61,344 bases of DNA from Octopus bimaculoides (taxonomy: Eukaryota). This document shows, piece by piece, positions 53,248-61,344 of the stretch (positions are counted from its first letter, which is position 1; each line of letters starts with the position of its first letter). The notes beneath the pieces are model-generated. The model made no database searches. It was given only the letters and a program-made list of their open reading frames with translations, and had not been told where the DNA came from. The translations under genes and the position numbers were made by a program. The stretch spans positions 124,763,087 through 124,824,430 of the forward strand of contig NC_068984.1 of NCBI RefSeq assembly GCF_001194135.2. The letters are read 5' to 3'.

Positions 53248-53405
53248 ATTGAATTCAACTTACGTTGAAAGTCAACAAAGTTTGCTTTAGAAGCGTTGGG
53301 ATGTATTGAGAGTTATAGATAAGGAAATGATCTTATTCTCAAACGCAATATAATGCTAATAATATAGCATGAACAGGATAAGCCATCCATATTTTGCAGA
53401 ATATA

Positions 53406-53955
53406 TAGGGTGGTTGAAATGTAACTCCCTATTTTCTTTTAAATACTTATAAACTATTTATTAATTATAATTTTTACAATGAAATAAATATATATTAATT
53501 ATGATTTTTACAATAAAATACATATGAAAGTAAGTCTTTTAGTATGAGGTTTTATTTAAAGTTTGATATGGGCTCCAGACGTCGCCATCAGCTTCTTCGG
53601 ACGCCCAGGAATTGCATCAACTGATTTCACCAAAACGAACTCTTACGGGATGGAAGATGTAACTTCTCGTATTCGCCCTTCAAGTTCTTTCAAAGTCTTT
53701 GGTTTGATACAGAAGACTTTTTTTCCTTTAACCAACCCCAAAGAAAGAAGTCACAGGGTATTAAGTTGGGACTCCTGGCTGGCCATTCATGCAGACCACG
53801 ATTACCCATCCATCTCCTGGGAAAGTGGATATTCAGCCATTACAGATATTACAGGTTAAATTCTCATACTTCAAAAACACAAAAACTTTGAGAAAAAAAC
53901 TTACAATTAATGAATAATTTATTTTAAAATAGGAAGTTACTTTTCAATCCCCCTG
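53406..53955 (-). mobile_element. Internally deleted Tc1/mariner element (rosa/DD41D-like), 550 bp, both TIRs
   Basis: TA|TAGGGTGGTTGAAATGTAACTCCCTATTTT ... AAAATAGGAAGTTACTTTTCAATCCCCCTG|TA (25/30 match). Minus strand encodes RWMGNRGLHEWPARSPNLIPCDFFLWGWLKE...PKTLKELEGRIRE. Confidence 0.8.
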
Positions 53956-54029
53956 TATATATACATCTCTCTCTCTCTATATATATATATAAAATATAAT
54001 TAAGATACCGTTGAATTAGGTACTTATAT

Positions 54030-54415
54030 TGAGGCACACAGACTGCAGTCAAAATATGCTGAACCAGAGTATATTGCAATGCCGGAGTCAGTCGGTGCGT
54101 GACCTGGGAATCCACGTAAGTAATGATGCATTATTTTATGTGCATATTACGAAAATGACAACACTGTATAGGCTAGTGGCTGCTTGGATCCTGAGATCGT
54201 TCAAAACGATGAAAAAAGAAAAGGAGAAAACGTGTTGCTCCGATGGAGAATAATGGTGCTCAGTCGCCTAGATTACTACTCACAAATATGGAAACCACAA
54301 AGCGTCCAATTAATGGCAGTAGTCGGAAAATCCAAATGCTCCTATACTAAGAAACTTGTTAAAATTACCTCGGTCCAACAGATGGACCTCAGAGAAGCCG
54401 AGAACGGTATGCGTC
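54030..54415 (+). pseudogene. CR1-group LINE RT C-terminal fragment
   Basis: VRDLGIHVSND...HIT......AAWILRSFK and (frameshifted) VLSRLDYYSQIWKP match the CR1/L2/Jockey post-RT motifs KDLGV and S.LDY.S..W.P. Confidence 0.75.
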
Positions 54416-54420
54416 TATAG

Positions 54421-54650
54421 TCTTTTATTCTTTTACTTGCTTCAGTCATTCGACTGTGGCCATGCTGAAGCATCACCTTGAGTTTTTAGTCGAATAAATC
54501 GACCCCAGTGCTTACTTTTTTTTTTTAATTTCAATTTGGTAAATTTTTCTATCAGTTTCATTTGCCGGAGTTCTAGGTTACGGGGAAGCGAAAACAACAG
54601 CATCAGTTATCAAGCGGTGGTACGGGAGCAAACACAAACACAAAGATACA
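54421..54650 (-). mobile_element. SINE family A 3' half
   Basis: CTTTTATTCTTTTACTTGCTTCAGTCATTCGACTGTGGCCATGCTG...AATCGACCCCAG. Confidence 0.75.
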
Positions 54651-54654
54651 CACA

Positions 54655-54692
<38 letters not shown>

Positions 54693-54739
54693 NNNNNNNN
54701 NNNNNNNNNNNNNNNNNNNNNNNNNNNNNNNNNNNNNNN

Positions 54740-55266
54740 AAACACTTGCTTCGGATCAAGCTGGATGGCGAACGAAAGTGTGGAGTAAAAGTGTTTGAAG
54801 AGGTCAGTATAACACATGCAAGACTCAAAAGTGATATAAGGAAGAATGTTACGATCGAGAAGATGAATTACAATGAACTTTTTGCGTGCACAGATTGTGA
54901 TAGACCATGTCTTTCTTTTGCTGGGCTCAAATCTCATTTGCGAACCTATGGAGAACGAATCTCCACCAACTGCTCTGCCTATATATCTGTGCACACCTTT
55001 GAATGCAGTGTATGCCAGAAGGTTTGCAAATCTAACGGAGGCCTCAAAAAGACATTTTAAGATCCATAAAGATCAGAACTTATCTGCAGCTCTTGGTGGT
55101 CCAAATCGTATGTGCAATCTATGTGGGTGTCTTTTCAGAACATTGTCCGATTTAAAAAGCCACATCAGATGCCATGATGGTTCTAAGGTGTAAGTACAGG
55201 AGGTGGTCAAACTTTGCCTAAGGTGTTGACAACCACCATGTATATATAACAATAATAATAATAATG

Positions 55267-55310
<44 letters not shown>
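54740..55310 (+). pseudogene. RTE-like LINE 3' end: ORF tail with three C2H2 fingers (frameshift at A-run 55046-55050) and (AAT)n tail
   Basis: GVKVFEE...HARLKSDIRK followed by CTDC-x12-HLRTY, CSVC-x12-HFKIH (after removing one A) and CNLC-x12-HIRCH; stop at 55191-55193, short UTR, then (AAT)n. Confidence 0.65.
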
Positions 55311-55311
<1 letters not shown>

Positions 55312-55450
55312 TCGAAAAATACCTTAGGAATGAGAACCCGGGTTCGAAATTTCCCCTAGACACCTGAAGAAGGCTGGCGGGTATATCAGCTGAAACGTTG
55401 TTAACAACAAACAAGATGAGGACACATATCCGTCGAATGTAAATAATGTA
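55312..55450 (+). mobile_element. Penelope-like element terminal fragment with hammerhead-like core at 55361-55402
   Basis: CAC-CTGAAGA-A-GGCTG(GCGGGTATAT)CAGCT-GAAAC-GTT. Confidence 0.5.
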
Positions 55451-55980
55451 AATAAGGAGGATCAGTTAATTATGATTTTGTTCAATATATTCCCCTCTCA
55501 GATTCACACACTTATTGCAGTAGTCCTTCAGTTTTCCTAAGCCCTGCAAAATAACCTTGAAATTTGGGCCTCCAGCCTTGCCTTTCGCGACACCCTCGAA
55601 GACAGGAACTTTTCAGCACCCGATTGTATATCGATACCAGTAAGGAAAACGTTACCGGTGAGAGGATTCCAGATGTTTCCAGTCCTGTGAGAGAAAGGAC
55701 TTGCTAAAAGTGTTTATTGCAGTGTCTTCTCGGCAAAACATTGAGAGGCTGATGATAGACGAGAAGAAGAAATATGTGGCCTGGATTTACTTTGATGGAG
55801 AAACTTTACAATTAGCTTTTTATGTATCATATACCTTATGGCCAGTATAGATAAACCTTTTATGTAAGCTATAAAACCTGATGAATCTTTTATGTAAGCT
55901 ATACACCTTGAAGAAGAGTTAAACACAGCAATACAACATAATGGAACTCATCGATTAGACATCCTACTTATAGTATGGTG

Positions 55981-56318
55981 GTTGGCACTCCGTCGCATAC
56001 GGCATCGAGGGTTCCAGTTGATCCGATCAACGGACCAGCCTGCTCGTGAAATTAACGTGCAAGTGGCTGAGCACTCCACAGACACGTGTACCCTTAACGT
56101 AGTTCTCGGGGATATTCAGCGTGACACAGTGTGACAAGGCTGACCCTTTGAATTACAGACACAACAGAAACAGGAAGTAAGAGTGAGAGAAAGTTGTGGT
56201 GAAAGAGCTTTAGGTGTTTTCGCTCAATAAACACTCACAACGCCCGGTCTGGCAATCGAAACCGCGATCCTATGACCGCGAGTCCGCTGCCCTAACCACT
56301 GGGCCATTGCGCCTCCAC
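55981..56318 (-). mobile_element. SINE family C, second copy
   Basis: Colinear and highly similar to 4992-5347 except for two indels. Confidence 0.85.
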
Positions 56319-56581
56319 ACTTATAGTATAACAGTGGAATATTATATGTTGGTACTAATAATGAGGAAGGCGATAGATGCATCTTTTACTTTTCAGAACT
56401 ATTTTCACTGTTTTGTACGGGATGTCTGGTAAGGAATTTTTTACTTCCCAGCTTCACGATTTCAGCTTAGAACTTTTAGCAAGAGTCTTTTTTTATAGCC
56501 TCGAGTCAACCAAAACCTTCTGAGTGGATTTTGTAGACAGAAACCAAAAGTAACTCGTTATATATGAACATACAAATGTGT

Positions 56582-56620
<39 letters not shown>

Positions 56621-57084
56621 GCGCGTATGTCTGTGTGTGTGTGTGTGAGTTTGTATTTCCGTTGTCTTGATACACATCATAAAAGGATAGAATGGACCAA
56701 GCGGAGCACGAGGACAGAAAGGGTTGCTGAAGAGGTCAGAGATGTGTGACGAAAGATTTCCTGACAATAGACATGAGTTAAAATAAGAACAGTAATTAAC
56801 GATTGAAGAACGAATGTGCGTGTGTTTCTTATTTGCTAAAAAAAATGATCATCCGAAATATAACAATGTATGTATGTCATTATTCAGTTTATTTCAAGAT
56901 TTCTTGCCAATAGACAAAGAACTGGTTTCTAACCTTGATTCCTTCATTTGAATTTCAACATCAACAACAGGGTATTTTTGTATGCATGTATGTATGTATG
57001 TATGTATGTATGTATGTATGCATGTATGTGCAGATTTGTATGCTTTATGTATGTATTCTCTTGCATATAGTTACATATCTAGAC

Positions 57085-57250
57085 ATGGTCATATATATTT
57101 AAATGATGAACTTCTGGAAAGTCTTACAGATCTTTACAGTTCCAGTGATAGATTGGACCTGTAGTTTTCAAATAAGCTTTCTCTTTTCTGGTTTTGAGAA
57201 GCCTAATTTCTCAAGATTGGTATTTAGGCAGTGTGTTACATATCCTATGA
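57085..57250 (-). pseudogene. RLE-type non-LTR retrotransposon 3' fragment (copy 3) embedded in (TATG)n
   Basis: IIGYVTHCLNTNLEKLGFSKPEKRKLI (ORF 57168-), flanked on both sides by (TATG)n tracts. Confidence 0.6.
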
Positions 57251-57289
57251 TTAAATATACGCATGTATGTATGTATGTATGTATGCATG

Positions 57290-57322
<33 letters not shown>

Positions 57323-57437
57323 ATGAAGAGAGAGAGAGTGAGAGATACATACACACACTTATACGGAACACACTCGACAAGCTAACACGTTCTTTCTATC
57401 TATCAAATTTTCCTCAAGACTCACGAAAGCACACACA

Positions 57438-57485
<48 letters not shown>

Positions 57486-57921
57486 CACAAACACAAACTC
57501 TTATATTCACACACAAACACACATAAATGTAAATATATTCTCAGATCCGAAATCTTTGAGCTCATATTATTTAATCTTAAGTACATGTGCATCTGTACAA
57601 GTGTGTGTAAGCAAAGAGTTATCCGGGGAAAAGAATGATAAGCAGACTGCTAAAAGAGTGAAGTATTGCATTACTAAATGCCTGAGTGTGTTTATGTGTA
57701 TGCGTTTGAGTGTGCGCATCTGTTAGCCCTTGCGTATGAACCTCAATTAGTAATCTTTGTTTCATATACTGCGTTCCGACCCTTTACTCCTAACTGTCTA
57801 ATGTATTAAACAGCAGATTCACATTGTTCTAGCCGGCCCACCTTTCTCTCTCTCTCTCGTTCTCTCTCTCCCTCTGTCCTTTCTCTCTGTCTGTCTGTCT
57901 CTCTATATGGATGTGTATATA

Positions 57922-57957
<36 letters not shown>

Positions 57958-58008
57958 TATGTACATTTATATATATATGTGTGCATGTATAAATAAATAT
58001 CCATATAC

Positions 58009-58040
<32 letters not shown>

Positions 58041-58045
58041 GCATA

Positions 58046-58091
<46 letters not shown>

Positions 58092-58101
58092 NNNNNNNNN
58101 N

Positions 58102-58137
<36 letters not shown>

Positions 58138-58265
58138 CAGAGAGAGAGATTGGGACAAACGGAGACGGAGAAAGAGAAATAGACACACCTGCATACATAA
58201 ATATATACACAGAGAACAACAACAGTATTTCTACATCTGCGAAAACACATGCACTCGACACGCTT

Positions 58266-58303
58266 CACTTCCGGGTGATTTTTGAGTAGTTAGCAAGATG
58301 GCG
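58266..58303 (+). promoter_or_regulatory. Candidate promoter-type motif pair: ETS CACTTCCGGG (58266-58275) and YY1 CAAGATGGCG (58294-58303)
   Basis: Motif matches only, in a short CpG-containing unique stretch. Confidence 0.25.
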
Positions 58304-58551
58304 TTTTTGATGATTTTGACAGAACGTCGACAGGTTTTACGTAAAGACAGCTTTTCTGCTACATATTTTATATCATATTGCCAACAGCCATTCTCTTCCC
58401 TGTTTCTTTGACTCTTCTTCATCGGAATGTTCTTAATTTTTCACTCTTAACCATTTTTCTTTCGGGTTGTCGTTATTATTATTGTTACTTAAGTTTGTCG
58501 GGTCGTTATAAATGTTTTTTTTTATAGAACATAGCTTGAATATTGTCATTT

Positions 58552-58790
58552 ACCTTTTACTTAACTTAGTCGCTGGACGACAGTCATGCTGGAGCACCAC
58601 TTGAAGAATCTTTTTATCGAAGAAATCGACTCTAGTACTTATTAACTTTAAAGTCTGATATTTATTCTATTGATTTACTTTTGCTGAACTTCTAGGTTAC
58701 GTGGACGCAAGCAAACTCAAACCGCTTGGCAAGCGATGTGAAGGGACAAACACAGGCACAAAAACAGGCACAAAAACACAAACACAAAAC
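58552..58790 (-). mobile_element. SINE family A 3' half, diverged
   Basis: CAGTCATGCTGGAGCACCAC...AAATCGAC...GGACAAACAC. Confidence 0.6.
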
Positions 58791-58879
58791 TTTATCTATC
58801 TGTCTATATTTGTGTATATATAAATAAGCACAGACATAAATATGTACATATATATGTTACACGCGCACACACATATATA

Positions 58880-59700
58880 TTGGGTCAGCCCATAAATAAT
58901 GCGGTTTTTTAATTTTTCTTTTACTTTTCAAAATTGAGATAGAGTTCTTTTTTACTTTGAAATATACTCTCCTTCATTTTCTACAATGCCCTCCCATCTC
59001 TATGATAGACTTGCAAGGCCTTTCTTCCAAAATTCACTTGTCCGTGACGAAAAATACTCCTCCAGTACAGTTCTGATTTCGTTTACAGAATTCATATTTT
59101 TTCCATCTAAATGATTTTGAAGACTGCGGAATAAATGATTATCAGATGGGACAATGTCCAGCGAATATGGTGGGTGGGGAATCATTCTTCAGTCAAACTG
59201 CTCCAGCCTTGAGAATGTCATCCTCGCTGTATGTGGCCAAGCATTAGACAAGGATAGTTTGTGAGGAACCCATTGACCCAATTTTCTGATGGCACGCATG
59301 TGTCGATGAATCGCATGTGTCGATGAATCGATGAATCGATGAATCGTTGAATGATCAAATTCAAGCTTCTCTGCTAGTTCTTCAATAATTACTATGGGAT
59401 TTTTGTTCCACCAGGTTTTGCAGGACGTCTTTGCCGAGCTCTATAGATCTTCCAGCACGATGCTCGTCTTCTAGGGTGTAGTTTCCGGCTCGGAATTTCT
59501 GGAACTACGGTTGACACTGGCTTATGCTTATTGTCCGTTCCCCATACACTACATTAATATTCCTCGCACTTTCCATTGCGTTGTTGCCTTTATTGAACTC
59601 ATAAAGCAAAATATGTCAAATATGCTCCGTTGTCACTTCCATTATAGCTTTGAAAAAATAACTGTTAAAATCAAACTGCACTCTTCAAATCTTGCACTAA
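58880..59700 (-). pseudogene. Internally deleted mariner (DD34D) transposon
   Basis: TA|TTGGGTCAGCCCATAAATAATGCGGTT end resembles the Hsmar1-type TIR. Minus-strand ATG at 59642 starts MEVTTEHI*HILLYEFNKGNNA (HTH), then WVPHKL, then NAWPH and HPPYSLDIVPSDNHLFRSLQN (YSPDLAPSD motif). Confidence 0.9.
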
Positions 59701-59878
59701 GAATACGGTAAGGCGAAATTACTACTTGCTTTTATAACAATGCAGGTACTCAAATGAAAATTAGGCTCGGTTTACCAGCTGATAATCGGAAACGAGCAAC
59801 TCTGAGTACAAGAAATCGGAACCGTTCAGATATAATGTATTAAATTATTAATGTACTAAATTGTTTTCTGTAAATTTG

Positions 59879-59918
<40 letters not shown>

Positions 59919-59939
59919 CAAATAGTTCAAATTTGCATA

Positions 59940-60051
59940 AAATAATGACGGAGATATATGAGGGAATAACAAGTAGGAGGTGTATTAGTTTGACGCTCAG
60001 GAAGAATACAAAAGTCTTTGACGTTTCGAGCCTAAGCTCTTCGGGAGAAAC
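59940..60051 (-). mobile_element. Penelope-like terminal fragment, homologous to 37338-37461
   Basis: Minus strand TTT-CTCCCGA-A-GAGC(TTAG)GCTC-GAAAC-GTC-AAAG...CCTGAGCGTCAAACTAATACA. Confidence 0.45.
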
Positions 60052-60897
60052 GATTCATTGTATATTTATTAGAGCTATACAGTGTGAAATTTCCTGTTCT
60101 TATTCGTGTAAGTTAAGGAGAAGGGATTACTGAAAAGTGCATGAGACAGATCTGATGTCATTGGGTCAGGTACATATAATGTTGGGTGCAAATATTCAAG
60201 AGAGCTATNNNNNNNNNNNNNNNNNNNNNNNNNNNNNNNNNNNNNNNNNNNNNNNNNNNNNNNNNNNNNNNNNNNNNNNNNNNNNNNNNNNNNNNNNNNN
60301 NNNNNNNNNNNNNNNNNNNNNNNNNNNNNNNNNNNNNNNNNNNNNNNNNNNNNNNNNNNNNNNNNNNNNGAGATCAAACACAAAAACAAAGTCACACACA
60401 CACACAAACACATACACACACACATGCATGCATACACTCTCAGACGCACACGCACAGACATACTTCACCATACACACACATATTACAGCACACACACACA
60501 CACACGAACCCACATACACACACGAACACACATCCATCCCAGCTCTAATTGTCAGCACACACACATGCATGCATACACACAAAGGCGCACACACACATAC
60601 TTTACTATACACACACATATTACACCAAACACGCATGCACGCGCGCACATACATACCAACACACATTCATCCTAGCTCTAGCTGTCGACACACATACACA
60701 CACATAAACATACACATACACGCACACACATTCACACACACACACACACACAAATATATTAGGGAGTGAGAGTGTAGATAGGTGTGGGGTATAGTCATAA
60801 ATATTTGATTAATTTGATGTATATTTATTTGTTCTATAAAAAATCTACACTTCTTAGCTTGTTAATTATCGTGTGCGTGTGCATGCATTTGTGTATG

Positions 60898-60928
<31 letters not shown>

Positions 60929-61279
60929 CTACACCTGTTAAGATATCTGTGTATGTAATGTGTGTCTACAAGTGTTGAGAGCATGCATCGTAAATGAGGA
61001 AGTCAGCGAGCAGTTGGTGGCTGACAGGAATGTCAGGTCAAAGGTCAAGAGAGTATATGACGTAAGGTAACCATAAATATTACGTGATGGAAAGGGAGAG
61101 CAGAAAGAGGAAGTTAGACGTTCGTTAAAACATCTTGCATTGATAGATGTGAGAAGGGGGTGTGCGGTAAAACCGCAATGTGGTCGAGCGTGTATGAGGG
61201 TATGTGTATATGTATGTCTGTTGTGGCTTCGTCTTTATTACACGTTTGAAAACTCTGTATTTATATGTGTGTGAGTATC

Positions 61280-61282
<3 letters not shown>

Positions 61283-61344
<62 letters not shown>
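61283..61344. repeat. (TG)n microsatellite running off the window end (one of dozens of CA/TA/GA tracts)
   Basis: Seen directly. Confidence 0.95.

Noticed and set aside
54536-55193. Host C2H2 zinc-finger gene
   Set aside because: No TGEKP linkers, a frameshift, a lost His ligand, an RTE-like upstream segment and an (AAT)n tail all point to a retroelement relic.

Overview
Eukaryotic, AT-rich, microsatellite-saturated genomic DNA from a gapped short-read assembly (about 20 N-runs, nearly all bordered by dinucleotide repeats). The repeat landscape (tRNA-derived SINEs, long (TA)/(CA)/(ATT)n tracts) resembles an octopus or other coleoid cephalopod genome; this is an inference. The only host protein-coding gene I can support is the 3' part of a GATA4/5/6-class transcription factor on the + strand. 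It has four coding exons with GT-AG boundaries and matching phases: N-finger 34564-34733, C-finger 36952-37077, basic tail 37832-37940 and terminal exon 50974-51452. Its N-terminal exon(s) are not visible and lie upstream of the window or in a gap. Everything else is intronic or intergenic and filled with at least five SINE families, hAT-, Tigger- and Merlin-like MITEs, three decayed Tc1/mariner lineages, and CR1-, RTE-, RLE-type and Penelope-like retroelement fragments. Almost all long ORFs in the supplied track are artefacts of N-runs and microsatellites. I found no CRISPR array, operon or convincing new multi-gene system. The best leads are structural: (1) a 680-bp Merlin-like MITE with perfect 28-bp TIRs and an 8-bp TSD, carrying (TTAGGG)n inside a second inverted repeat, with its own empty-site paralogue 1 kb upstream; (2) a ~245-bp fold-back in the intron between the two zinc-finger exons; (3) an RTE-like ORF tail with three tandem C2H2 fingers; (4) hammerhead-ribozyme-like cores in Penelope-type ends; (5) tandem 5' splice donors that could switch the GATA C-terminus.
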